Assembly (NCBI GenBank): GCA_964486045.1
Contig: CAZALK010000016.1
Location: 1 to 64,000, forward strand
Direction: 5' to 3'
From: an uncultured archaeon
GTDB lineage: Archaea; Asgardarchaeota; Lokiarchaeia; Sigyniarchaeales; SOKP01
DNA length: 64,000 nucleotides
This document shows positions 20,047-30,128 of the stretch, piece by piece. A program made the translations under genes and the position numbers. The notes below the pieces were generated by a model. That model saw nothing but the letters and a program-made list of their open reading frames with translations, ran no database searches and was not told where the DNA came from. How positions within the stretch are numbered: position 1 is the stretch's first letter; every line of letters starts with the position of its first letter.

Positions 20047-20658
20047 GTGATTATGGAAGAACCAAAAGAAATTGATAGATCGAAGGAAGAATCGGATGAA
20101 TCAGATGAATCAGAAGGCGAAGAATTCAAGAAAAGTGAATTTTCAATATTTGTCGACCATATGAGTGATGATTTAGATGTTTTCTATGTCAAATCTGATG
20201 AAGTCTTACAGAAACTTAAAAAAATAATCAATAAAACATTTCAAAATATCAGATCTTTTTTCAAAGTTTCTAAAAAGGAAAAAGATGTTGAAAAGGAACA
20301 AGATAAAATTAGAGATAAAATCTATCGGCAGAATCTAAGATTAGAAAAGAAGCTAAAAAAAATTTCAAAATCGATTAAAAAAACTAGATCTCTTGCGGGG
20401 GAAATTAAGGAAGACACCTCAAAAATAGTTTTACAGATGGATGAGGTAGTTCTCATACTTGAACATCAGATGGATGCTATTGGGAAAATTGAGGATGTAG
20501 AAATCTATATGAAGAAGAATTTAGGCTCAGACTGGGATCAGCTCAAATATAGATGGCAGGAATATAAAGACGAAAAAATTACACGAGGAGATTTTGCAAA
20601 ATCAGCTTTAAAAAAATTAGGAAAGAAATTTCTTGGAATTTTCGTCAATACCTCATAA
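20047..20658 (+). CDS. Hypothetical coiled-coil protein with amphipathic basic C-terminal helix
   Basis: Acidic N-terminus, heptad-rich middle, LGSDWDQLK...SALKKLGKKFLGIF. Confidence 0.75.
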   Translation: MIMEEPKEIDRSKEESDESDESEGEEFKKSEFSIFVDHMSDDLDVFYVKSDEVLQKLKKIINKTFQNIRSFFKVSKKEKDVEKEQDKIRDKIYRQNLRLEKKLKKISKSIKKTRSLAGEIKEDTSKIVLQMDEVVLILEHQMDAIGKIEDVEIYMKKNLGSDWDQLKYRWQEYKDEKITRGDFAKSALKKLGKKFLGIFVNTS

Positions 20659-20720
20659 ATCAAGCATTTCTCGATTTTTAGTAGAATTATTTATAAACTA
20701 AATGATCATGGTGTTGTCTA

Positions 20721-21608
20721 ATGATAAAAATAGCAGGTATACAAATTGCCCCAGTTTTTCTTGATGCTCAGAAGACGTGGGAAAAATTAGAGAAATATAT
20801 TAGGGAAGCCAAAACCAATGGTGCTGAGTTGGTGGTGTGGGGAGAAACACTAATTCCTTGTTATCCTACATGGATATGGTTAGAAGTTCCATATGTTAAT
20901 CAGAAAACAATTTATGGTAAATACTGGGAGCAATGTATAAAGTTAGATGAAAGCACCATTATCAAAGAGATGAAGAATTTAGCGAAGGAATTAGAAATAA
21001 TGATGATGGGAGGGATTGCTGAAAAGTATGGCGGATCCATTTACTGTACTCTTCTAACGATAAGTAAAGAAGGGGAAATCTTAGGACGCCATCGAAAAAT
21101 CAAACCAACTTATAGGGAACGTTTAGTATGGGCTGACGGTGATGGATTAGGACTAAAAACCTATACTCTAAATGATATAAAAATAGGGGGGTTAAATTGT
21201 TGGGAGAACTGGCTGCCTTTAGCAAGAGCTAAGTTACATTCACAAGAAGAAATCCTACATGTTGCTGTGTGGCCTGGAAGTTTGAGAAATACGCAAGATA
21301 TTTCAAGATTTATCGCCCTCGAAGGGCGATCTTGGGTTATTTCAGTTTCCGGTCTTTTACGGTCTTCAGATATCTCCCATTTAGACGAAAAATTGTTTCC
21401 TATAAAAGAAATGGTGAGTTTTAGCCGTTTTCTCCATAACGGGGGAACAATGGTCGTAGATCCAAAGGGGAAAGTTATTGCTGGTCCTTTAGTTGATGAA
21501 GAAGGTATACTTTACGCTAGTATAGATCCAATAATTGCGATAGAAGAACGTCACAATTTAGATATTAGTGGCCATTACTCGCGTTTTGACATTTTTGATA
21601 AACCTTAA
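20721..21608 (+). CDS. Nitrilase (carbon-nitrogen hydrolase)
   Basis: E-K-C triad: WGETL, HRKIKPT, LNCWEN; GHYSR tail. Confidence 0.93.
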   Translation: MIKIAGIQIAPVFLDAQKTWEKLEKYIREAKTNGAELVVWGETLIPCYPTWIWLEVPYVNQKTIYGKYWEQCIKLDESTIIKEMKNLAKELEIMMMGGIAEKYGGSIYCTLLTISKEGEILGRHRKIKPTYRERLVWADGDGLGLKTYTLNDIKIGGLNCWENWLPLARAKLHSQEEILHVAVWPGSLRNTQDISRFIALEGRSWVISVSGLLRSSDISHLDEKLFPIKEMVSFSRFLHNGGTMVVDPKGKVIAGPLVDEEGILYASIDPIIAIEERHNLDISGHYSRFDIFDKP

Positions 21609-21643
21609 AAGCTGAAAAATTTTAATTTTCGAAGAATTTAGTA

Positions 21644-21907
21644 TTATTTCATTTCTAAACCATTTTTTAAGGCATATTCACTCGCTTCACCCTTATCTTT
21701 AAAGATCTTCCTTAGATCAAACTCACATAATACATCTTCCCCATCAATCTCAATAGTCATCATTGGTCGAGAAATTTCCCCAGCGCTATATTGTAAGGAT
21801 ATTAGACAATATTTTTCACCTTCTTCAGCCAATTTTGTGCATTTATTACATGCACCCTTAGGTCTTGCGCAATGGAAAGGAACCATTTTTACTATTTTAT
21901 CACTCAA
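21644..21907 (-). CDS. Small Cys-containing hypothetical protein
   Basis: HCARPKGACNKC; TTG start behind GAGTGA. Confidence 0.7.
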   Translation of the reverse strand: MSDKIVKMVPFHCARPKGACNKCTKLAEEGEKYCLISLQYSAGEISRPMMTIEIDGEDVLCEFDLRKIFKDKGEASEYALKNGLEMK

Positions 21908-22007
21908 ATTTTGTCACTCATTTAATTGCTATATAACTAATAATTTCGTTTTCTTATCAGTTATAGTAAATTTTCTCGTTATTATTGGTGAAAGTTAGTC
22001 TTCTAAC

Positions 22008-22340
22008 CTATTTTTTCTCTGGTAGTGTTTCTACATATTCTTTTGCTTTATTTAACCACTCCTTTAATTCATTGTTGTTTGGGAGAGCACCTTCTCCCGC
22101 CATAATCCAATCCTTCATAGGTCTTCCAGTTATATCAAAAACTTTGACTTGTGGTAGCTTAAATGCAGCTAAAGCATTTTTTTCTCCTAACCGAAGTATA
22201 TAATAGTCTTTATGAATTCCTGCCACCTTTTTTCCATTTAAAAGGTAACCAGTACCCCCAAACATTTTTTTCTTTGACAAATTCTTCCATTTTGAAATAA
22301 TGCCATGCAATTTTACATCCATTTTCTCGTTATAAACCAT
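22008..22340 (-). CDS. TfoX N-terminal domain protein
   Basis: KKMFGGTGYLLNG, GRPMKDW, ETLPEKK. Confidence 0.88.
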   Translation of the reverse strand: MVYNEKMDVKLHGIISKWKNLSKKKMFGGTGYLLNGKKVAGIHKDYYILRLGEKNALAAFKLPQVKVFDITGRPMKDWIMAGEGALPNNNELKEWLNKAKEYVETLPEKK

Positions 22341-22409
22341 TAAAACCTCATCTCAAGATTATGTAAAAAAAAAAAATTGTTGTAGACTATTATAAGAACT
22401 ATTCATTAA

Positions 22410-23036
22410 TTAAGGTCTATCATTAGTTATTAGGTACATACCTAGACTCATCATCCAAAACATGAGAGGGTATATCACAGTCCGTTCCATCGTTCCCTTT
22501 CCTAATCCTAAAAACGATATAGTTGATTCTGCTGGTAGCCCAAAGTAAGGGAAAAAGAGAATTAGCACTACAAGGACAATTAGGCCTATAATAATTGAAA
22601 TATAAGAAAACGGTGGATTTAACGCCTTGTACGAGATAATAGCAGTAGTAGTACCAAATATAAACGCAAGGGGTGTGACATACCCATGAATGGGTCTTAC
22701 ATTCTCAGGAAATAAACCAACTCCAATAACAAATACCCCTGAAAGAAATAAGAGTATAGTAAATAGTTTCATTTCTTGAGAATAATAAAGTACAATTGAA
22801 CAAATAACTACGCTTAAGCCAAACAACAATATTGATATATTATAAATTATCGATGTTGTACCAACCCCTAAAGTGCTCACATAATGTAGAGAACTTATAT
22901 AATTAGGTTGATAACTTTCTAATATTAATACCATCATTAACCACTGAACACAACCTACAAACAAAATTATTCCTGCATTTCCTTTCGTCAATTTTTTAAT
23001 TGTAAAAATCACCTTTTTTTTGAAAATTATAGTCAA
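22410..23036 (-). CDS. DUF998-like membrane protein
   Basis: YVSTLG, GVGLFPE..H, GLGKGTMER; multiple TM helices. Confidence 0.8.
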   Translation of the reverse strand: MTIIFKKKVIFTIKKLTKGNAGIILFVGCVQWLMMVLILESYQPNYISSLHYVSTLGVGTTSIIYNISILLFGLSVVICSIVLYYSQEMKLFTILLFLSGVFVIGVGLFPENVRPIHGYVTPLAFIFGTTTAIISYKALNPPFSYISIIIGLIVLVVLILFFPYFGLPAESTISFLGLGKGTMERTVIYPLMFWMMSLGMYLITNDRP

Positions 23037-23232
23037 TTTGTGTCATAATGGGTAAATGATAAAAAAAAATTATAAGATTTCAGTAGTCCGTTTTTTGCTA
23101 AATAATATTATACTCAATTTCTTCTAAAAGATGTGAAAGGAGGTAATTGTAATTCCTTACATGCAAAGAATTGAGATTCATTCAAAAATATTTAAAAGTT
23201 AAAAATAAAAAAAAATGAGTTTAGTAATAAGT

Positions 23233-23781
23233 TTAACTAAATCCAAAAAGGACAAATATGAGCAAGCCCATAGTAAGACTCATAACACCGTAGATATAAT
23301 AAGCTCTAAGGTATTTATCACTTAGAAACATTAAATCTGTCATGTACCAGCCCATACATCCACCGATACCCCATATAGTTATATCTGTTATTATGTTTGT
23401 TGCGCTGTCGAATTTAGCTTTAACTCCTACCATAAAGAGCAATGTGTTCTCAATAACTTCCCAAATAATTGCGAGGGAAATGATAATTATCCAATAAATA
23501 ACGAAATTTTTAAATTCTGGATCGTTAATCGGATCTTTTGGTTTATCAGTTAAGTTATGAATTATCCAACCAAATGTAAAGGCTACAACAAAAAGTGCTA
23601 CACCCCAGAGGAAATGTCCAATCGACCAATAATCAAATGATGCAATTGAGAGATCTGGGCCAGTTAAAGCTACAAGAGGAACACCGAGTGCTGTCGATAT
23701 AACCGCAGTTATAATCACAATTATTATTAATCCCAACATTAATAGAAGAGGTATATTTCTTTTTTTCATTTCTAAAATCAC
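23233..23781 (-). CDS. Membrane protein (D.WS.GH...WE..EN...D motif)
   Basis: DYWSIGHF, IWEVIEN, NIITD; about 5 TM. Confidence 0.75.
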   Translation of the reverse strand: MILEMKKRNIPLLLMLGLIIIVIITAVISTALGVPLVALTGPDLSIASFDYWSIGHFLWGVALFVVAFTFGWIIHNLTDKPKDPINDPEFKNFVIYWIIIISLAIIWEVIENTLLFMVGVKAKFDSATNIITDITIWGIGGCMGWYMTDLMFLSDKYLRAYYIYGVMSLTMGLLIFVLFGFS

Positions 23782-24012
23782 TTAGTTATTTCATTTAAGT
23801 TTAAATTTCATTTAATGTACTATCGAATAAGACACCTTTTATTATATATGTTTCTTTAAGTCCTCTGACCTTCCCCTAGCAAAGAGTAATGAATTATAGC
23901 CAATAACCTAGTTCTAATAAAAAAATTGGATAAATTTCTTTTATAAAAGAGAAATTGATTTTCTATGTAGAATACCTTTAAAAATCCCCAAAGGGTAATT
24001 ATTCTGATAAAA

Positions 24013-24711
24013 TTGTCAGAATGGAATATTAAATTAATAGAAAAAATTGAGAGAACATCAGAAATCAAGAGTTTTAGGTTCGAACGCCCGGATGACCTGA
24101 ACTATCTACCAGGTCAATTTTTTTTTATCTATATCCCCAAAGAGGATGGTAGTATGATAATGCATCACTTCTCCTTCTCTAGTTCTCCAACTGAATCCTA
24201 CATAGAATTTACAACTCAGATTCGTGATACAGAATTTAAGAATAGGTTAGATCAGTTACCTATTGGTATTTCAGTTAAGACTAGTTCCATATCAGGTAAA
24301 TTTTCACTAACTAGTAGTCATACTAAAGTAGTTTTTATCTGCGGTGGAATCGGAATCACAGCAGCTAGGTCAAATATAAGATGGGCGAAAGATACCCAGG
24401 CTCAAGTGGATATTATATTACTTTATGGGAATCGATCAACTCAAACAATAGCGTTTAACAAAGAATTGAAAGAACTATCCACAGATTACATTGAACTTTA
24501 TCATATATTATCTGAATCTGAAGAAGAATGGAAAGGTCCGACTGGGTATATCAATGCAGAATTTATACTTTCATCTGTTCCGGACTATAAAGAAAGGATT
24601 TGGTTTCTCTCTGGACCTCCAGTAATGGTTAAGTCTATTACGAATATCCTTACAAAAGAGATTGGTGTTGACCTAGAGAATATAAAAAGAGAAAACTATG
24701 TGGGGTATTAA
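24013..24711 (+). CDS. Ferredoxin-NADP reductase-like FAD/NAD oxidoreductase
   Basis: PGQFF, FSFSSSP, GGIGIT, LYGNR, SGPPVM, ENYVGY. Confidence 0.9.
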   Translation: MSEWNIKLIEKIERTSEIKSFRFERPDDLNYLPGQFFFIYIPKEDGSMIMHHFSFSSSPTESYIEFTTQIRDTEFKNRLDQLPIGISVKTSSISGKFSLTSSHTKVVFICGGIGITAARSNIRWAKDTQAQVDIILLYGNRSTQTIAFNKELKELSTDYIELYHILSESEEEWKGPTGYINAEFILSSVPDYKERIWFLSGPPVMVKSITNILTKEIGVDLENIKRENYVGY

Positions 24712-24937
24712 ACCAAACAGGGATGCGATCAAAATAAGGTTGTCCTAATCATTAAGACTCTAAAAATATGTTTTTAACTACTCAGAGATTAATTTAAATA
24801 ATTACAAGTGAAATAAATTTTTCCAAAACTCTTCCTTACTACATTTTGTGTTATGGGATTAATGATCTTATCAATTATATAAAAAAATTAGGGACTCTTT
24901 GAATAAATTAAATAAATAAAAATTCATTTGAAATACC

Positions 24938-26131
24938 ATGTCGAACAGGATAGAAATTAAGGGATTCTGCGATCCGCAATTTAAATCGGTACAAGATATT
25001 TTTGTGGAAAACTTTGAATTGTTTGAGGAAGTGGGAGCATCTCTAGCTGTGACTCAAAATGGAAAATTCGTGATGGATATTTGGGCAGGTTATACTGATG
25101 CTGCTAAAACTCGATTATGGGAAGAGAACACAATTGTTTGTGTATTTTCTACGACAAAAATTATGACGTCGATTTGTATTCTGATGCTACATGAGAAAGG
25201 GCTTTTAGATATTAACAAACCTGTTAGTGAGTATTGGCCGGAATTCGGACAGAACGGCAAAGAAAGAATTCTCATCAAGCATGTTCTTGGTCACACAGCA
25301 GGTATACCAAGCTGGGATGATCCATTACCCCAGGAAGAGTTATTGAATTGGGATAAGATGACAAAACTTCTAGAAAAACAGAAGCCATGGTGGGAACCAG
25401 GAACGATGGGTGGGTACCATGCAATAACCTTTGGTTTTATACTGGGAGAACTTGTAAAAAGAGTTACAGGAAAAACTCTTGGTACTTTCTTTAAGGAGAA
25501 TATTGCTCAACCGTTGGGTGCCGATTTCACGATAGGAATTCCGAATGAATTTGAAAAACGTGTAGCAGATTTAATACCCCCTAATTCGCCTTTCATTGGT
25601 GATGTGCTGGGAGAAGATTCAATTATTTATAAAATACTAGGTATACCTGGTGGATGGAACTTAGGTGGTGATATTACAAAAGAACATGTGAAATTTTGTA
25701 ACACTCACGCCTTACGTGAAGTTGAATTACCTTCTTCAAATGGTTGCGCGAATGCCAAATCGGTAGCGAAAGTAGCAGCAGCGATTGCATGTGGAGGAAA
25801 TATTGATAAAGTGCATATACTTTCACAAGAAACTCTAAATGAAGCATTAAAGGAGCAATTTAACGGAAAAGGACATTTATTTGTTGATGGAATTCGTTAC
25901 GGGACGGGATTCGGCCTTCCGAGTGATATCAAACCTATAAAAAATCCAAACACTTTATATTGGGGTGGTTGGGGTGGAAGTGTTTGTATAATGGACATGG
26001 ACGCAAAATTAAGTATCGCCTATGTGATGAACAAAATGAGAACTCAACCTCCTGAAGAGTCAAGAAAAAATAAATTCGCCTCCGATACAAGAGCTAATCG
26101 AATTGTTTCTTCAGTTTATGAAGCACTTTAA
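24938..26131 (+). CDS. Beta-lactamase-family serine hydrolase/esterase
   Basis: FSTTK (SxxK), WPEFGQNGK, WEPGTMGGYH, WGGWGG. Confidence 0.92.
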   Translation: MSNRIEIKGFCDPQFKSVQDIFVENFELFEEVGASLAVTQNGKFVMDIWAGYTDAAKTRLWEENTIVCVFSTTKIMTSICILMLHEKGLLDINKPVSEYWPEFGQNGKERILIKHVLGHTAGIPSWDDPLPQEELLNWDKMTKLLEKQKPWWEPGTMGGYHAITFGFILGELVKRVTGKTLGTFFKENIAQPLGADFTIGIPNEFEKRVADLIPPNSPFIGDVLGEDSIIYKILGIPGGWNLGGDITKEHVKFCNTHALREVELPSSNGCANAKSVAKVAAAIACGGNIDKVHILSQETLNEALKEQFNGKGHLFVDGIRYGTGFGLPSDIKPIKNPNTLYWGGWGGSVCIMDMDAKLSIAYVMNKMRTQPPEESRKNKFASDTRANRIVSSVYEAL

Positions 26132-26267
26132 TCAGTTAAAGATTAAGCTTAGGGATTGTGGGAATAATTTTAGTTTAAAAGTGATTATCACTCTCATGCA
26201 TAAAAATCAAAAACATCTAAAAACCGAAATCCAAACGTATTTATGGTTTTAATTCATTAATTTATCA

Positions 26268-26978
26268 ATGAAGACGAAAAAAGAAAAAGACGACGATGAG
26301 TCGTGCCAATCCACTGATAATCCCAGCAAGTGGAAGGGAAGAACAATAGAAATTGACGACGCTGGGACTGGAGATCTCGTTGGAGATGCCTTTATTGGGT
26401 TTCGAGACGCGGACACCAGAAAGATATTATTTCAATCAGTTCCCGTAGGGATCTATAGTGAGGGTAATAAAGACGACGATCCTCCAAAGAAATATATAGT
26501 AAATGTAGTAAAGAAAGGTCTTAAAATACTTAATTACAGCAAGGGAAATAGGATACTTCTATGTAGAGGTGATTGTTTCAACCTTGTTAGAGAATATTTT
26601 ACACAGAATGATATTTATTACGAGCCTGCTATAATTGAAGGAGAGCTCCAAAATGCTGTTGAAGGAAGATATATTCAACATCTAAGAAAACTTGGAATAA
26701 TTTCTCGTAACCTTACAATAGAGTCTGGTGCGAAAAGATATTTCATCAGTTTTAATTGGGTTTGTCGAGATTTTCCAAATCGTGAGTGTTTCGTCAAGAC
26801 GGGATCCCCATCTTGGGAAAAGAAATGGAGGAAGATTGCCCTAGAAAGATATCAAAGATTTCAACGAGATAAAGATCGTGAAAAGATCGATAATATCAAG
26901 AGAAGAGCAGCCAAAATTTATGAACTTATGTTCGAAAATCCTATTTCTGTAAAAACATCAACCTCTAAGAGTCGATAA
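26268..26978 (+). CDS. Uncharacterised RNase H-like fold protein
   Basis: IEIDDAGTGDLVG resembles RNase HII GIDEAG.G. Confidence 0.6.
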   Translation: MKTKKEKDDDESCQSTDNPSKWKGRTIEIDDAGTGDLVGDAFIGFRDADTRKILFQSVPVGIYSEGNKDDDPPKKYIVNVVKKGLKILNYSKGNRILLCRGDCFNLVREYFTQNDIYYEPAIIEGELQNAVEGRYIQHLRKLGIISRNLTIESGAKRYFISFNWVCRDFPNRECFVKTGSPSWEKKWRKIALERYQRFQRDKDREKIDNIKRRAAKIYELMFENPISVKTSTSKSR

Positions 26979-27101
26979 GACAAACATCGTTTAATCAGTT
27001 TTTTATAAAAGTATTGTAATAGTTAAAATTATTACTTTACATAGCTTTTTTTTAATATTATATAATTAATTTCCTTCTATAGGAGCAAAAGAGGCATTGA
27101 A

Positions 27102-27602
27102 ATGGAACGAGTTATAGTTTTTATAGATAATAGCAACATTTTCAAGGGCTTTAGAAAGTATGACATGAAGGTTGACTACGAAAAGCTGAAAAATGAGATA
27201 AATAGAGACAGAGAATTGCATGGCATCTTTTTATATGAAGGAGTCGTGTATCCGATGAGTCCAGGAAAGAAAAAGTGGTATGAGGAGTTAAATAAAAGAA
27301 GTGGATATCTGATTAAAGCAAGTTTTGACAAGATTGCATCAAGTGGTGTCATTGAAAAGAAGGTCGACATCAAGATTGCGATTGACATTATCTCTCTTGC
27401 ATATGAAAATGCTTATGATACAGCAGTATTGGTATCGGGAGACGGCGATTTTGTTCCTATTGTAAAGAAACTAAAAGAATTAGATAAAAAAGTTGAGATT
27501 TGGGCGTTTAGATATTCATTGGCAAATGCTTTAAAAGAGGAACTAGGTAAAGGAAATATCTATTACATTGATGACATTTTGAGCGAAATTAAAATGAATT
27601 AA
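27102..27602 (+). CDS. NYN/LabA (DUF88) domain nuclease
   Basis: FIDNSN, EKKVDIKIAID, LVSGDGDF. Confidence 0.92.
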   Translation: MERVIVFIDNSNIFKGFRKYDMKVDYEKLKNEINRDRELHGIFLYEGVVYPMSPGKKKWYEELNKRSGYLIKASFDKIASSGVIEKKVDIKIAIDIISLAYENAYDTAVLVSGDGDFVPIVKKLKELDKKVEIWAFRYSLANALKEELGKGNIYYIDDILSEIKMN

Positions 27603-27681
27603 GTCTATTCTAAACTTATAAATAATCTTAAATCAAAGCTGATAGGAAATATGCTTTTAAAATTAAAAACGAAACAGAATT

Positions 27682-28848
27682 TTACACTTTCCTTCTGGTT
27701 AGAATTTTCCCTGCCAACTTGATAGTACCAATGAAACCTCTTTTTTTAATCATGATCTTTATGTACTTTCTAGCTGAACTTTTTGGTGGAGTGACTTTCT
27801 TTGCTTTTTCATGGAGGATCATCGCTTTCATTCCGCAAACCGGGATACAATTTCCACATCCAATACATCTATCTAAATTTACGATAGCGACGTTTTCCTT
27901 CATTGAAATGGCATCCATTTGACACCGCTTCACACAAATTTCACAACTGTTACAAAGTTCTGGATTTGATTGAGCGTAAAAATTTGAAGAGTAATATTCA
28001 GCAGGTTTTGGAAACTGTTTAGCCATGGTCAAAACACCACAACAACAGCCGCAACAGACACACATAAAAGAGGGATTTTGACTATTTTCAGGTTGGAGGA
28101 CAAAACCTTCTTTTTGAAACTTCTTTAGAATCTTAAACATTTCTTCTTTAGAAACTTCTTCTCCCGATCCATCCTCAATCCGTCGAATCGCACCATCATT
28201 GAACATAACACAACATCTTCGAGTATTTGAAAGTTTACACGGTTCTTCAAGAACATCGTACATTTCTCGACATACACAATTTATTATTGCGATTTTGTCA
28301 ACTTTATTCATAATAATATTTCGGATATTGTCATAAGTACTCACGGTGTATTCCGGAGAGAGACTTTTTTCTACAGGAATCGTCCGTATCTGCCCAGGAG
28401 TCTTTTTTTTATGGAATTCTTTATAAAATGCACCAAGCGAGTAGTCTTTAGCGAGTTTAGCAAAATTCTTTGTTAATCTCCCTAATTGATATTCGAATAT
28501 GCCGATGGCCCATTGAAGCAGTCGATAGCGTCTTCTATTATGTTTTTTATCATATACTGAGCCTCCTCCCTGGATTGCTCCTTTTTTATTAAGGTTCTCT
28601 AAAATCTCTCCCAATTTTTTAATGGATATTGATATCCCACTTTTTTTAACTCGTTTATGAATTTTTTCTATCGGTTCCGGTAACGCACTTAAATTGATCG
28701 CGATTGCCGCCTCTTCAGGTGTGAAAAGATTTTTCAGTATTTGAATTTCTAATCCAGAGTCATGTGCCGGGAAGTCTATAGGCAAACGCTCATCTATTTC
28801 TTTATGAAGCTTACGATAGATTGAATCTTCACTTTTCATAATAATCAA
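27682..28848 (-). CDS. Iron-sulfur (4Fe-4S dicluster) protein
   Basis: CVCR, CVCCGCCC, CNSCEICVKRC, CIGCGNCIPVC. Confidence 0.9.
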   Translation of the reverse strand: MIIMKSEDSIYRKLHKEIDERLPIDFPAHDSGLEIQILKNLFTPEEAAIAINLSALPEPIEKIHKRVKKSGISISIKKLGEILENLNKKGAIQGGGSVYDKKHNRRRYRLLQWAIGIFEYQLGRLTKNFAKLAKDYSLGAFYKEFHKKKTPGQIRTIPVEKSLSPEYTVSTYDNIRNIIMNKVDKIAIINCVCREMYDVLEEPCKLSNTRRCCVMFNDGAIRRIEDGSGEEVSKEEMFKILKKFQKEGFVLQPENSQNPSFMCVCCGCCCGVLTMAKQFPKPAEYYSSNFYAQSNPELCNSCEICVKRCQMDAISMKENVAIVNLDRCIGCGNCIPVCGMKAMILHEKAKKVTPPKSSARKYIKIMIKKRGFIGTIKLAGKILTRRKV

Positions 28849-29022
28849 ACGGGATTTAATTTAAGTCACGTATATTTCATAATTAAAATCGGTGATAATT
28901 AAAAAATCTGGTTTTTAATGATCTTTTTTTCTAGAAATAAAGATGAGATAACTTTGGGATGTTTTAAATTGAAATAAGGTAATTGTTAAAAGTAAGGAAT
29001 AATATGAAAGAATTTTATTTAT

Positions 29023-29415
29023 TCAAATTTCAAGTATAATTTCAATATATCTTTCATCATCTTGAGTTTTTTTGCTTCTCATTTTATATGCTAATCTATA
29101 ACGGAAATATTTACTTCTAAGGGCTTCAATTGCAACATCTTTCTCAAGATTTGGTAAGATTCTTGCCTTTCCTTCTAGATATGGGCCTACAACTTTCCCT
29201 CTCATAAGGCAAGGGGCAATTTTTACACTAGGGTTGTTTTTAATACGAGCTATCTTATATGTTGAGCTCGGAGTTTCGACATAAATTTTATTATTTTTCT
29301 CTGCGAATAAAAGGGGAGTAGGGACACCCTCTCCATTTTTTCTATAAGTTGTTAAATTTATATATTTTTTTGTAAATATTGTGCCTAAATTTGGTTTTGT
29401 TTTACTTTCAGCCAT
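29023..29415 (-). CDS. PPOX-class F420-dependent oxidoreductase
   Basis: YINLTTYRKNG..VPTP, KIARIKNNP.V.IAPC..RG. Confidence 0.88.
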   Translation of the reverse strand: MAESKTKPNLGTIFTKKYINLTTYRKNGEGVPTPLLFAEKNNKIYVETPSSTYKIARIKNNPSVKIAPCLMRGKVVGPYLEGKARILPNLEKDVAIEALRSKYFRYRLAYKMRSKKTQDDERYIEIILEI

Positions 29416-29516
29416 GTTATATCCATCTCATGAATGATTTTGTTATCTTAGGTTAAATTAAAATGTAAAGATAAATCAGAAACAGATAAAAACCTGCCTA
29501 GTCATATCATTTGAGT

Positions 29517-29810
29517 TTATTTAGTTGTTTCAATTAATTGATACAATTCTCGGGCTAATTTTTTCATTATAGGAACATGACCTTCAAATAGAACCCGTTT
29601 TTCTATAATAATAGCTGGTGGAGTTATATCCCCATATTTGTTTTTTACGTCCAACAAATCAATATTTTCAAAACATAAATCAATTTTTTGTTCAAATTCG
29701 GGAATTTCTTTAAAAACTCTTTCAACTATAGTTCTCGTTTTACAACACTTAGCACAAGATGAAATATCTTCATTTTTTAATAAAACAAGAATACTCGGTT
29801 TTTTTCCTAT
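29517..29810 (-). CDS. Small thioredoxin-fold protein, probable ATA start; not in ORF track
   Basis: IGKKPSILVLLKNEDISSCAKCCKT...YGDITPPAIIIEKRVLFEGHVP...; CxxC plus cis-Pro region; stop codons directly upstream. Confidence 0.75.
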   Translation of the reverse strand: MGKKPSILVLLKNEDISSCAKCCKTRTIVERVFKEIPEFEQKIDLCFENIDLLDVKNKYGDITPPAIIIEKRVLFEGHVPIMKKLARELYQLIETTK

Positions 29811-30128
29811 ATCTCATTACCTTACTTTTGTAAAATTTAAACTTAAAATAGTAAATTCTTTCAATAATAAATGGTTTTTGAAACAATAATTCCAAATATT
29901 TAGATATTTTTCCCCATTTTTTTTGTGCAATTTCTACAAATAGTAGAACACCATGGTCTTCAGGAATATCCTTTACTTCAGTTCTTCTTATAAAAAGTCA
30001 CTATTTCAAAACGATATATTTAAATAAGCATGGACAAATTATTCAAAGTCAAATTATCAATTTTGTAAAATAAAAAAACTATTTAATTTTTGTAATATAA
30101 TTGAAAATGAATAAATAGGTGTTGAAGA

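Noticed and set aside
24938-26131. True beta-lactam resistance gene
   Set aside because: Motifs fit the widespread esterase-like branch of the family; resistance cannot be inferred
29638-29889. 83-aa plus-strand ORF
   Set aside because: Antisense to a more convincing thioredoxin-fold frame
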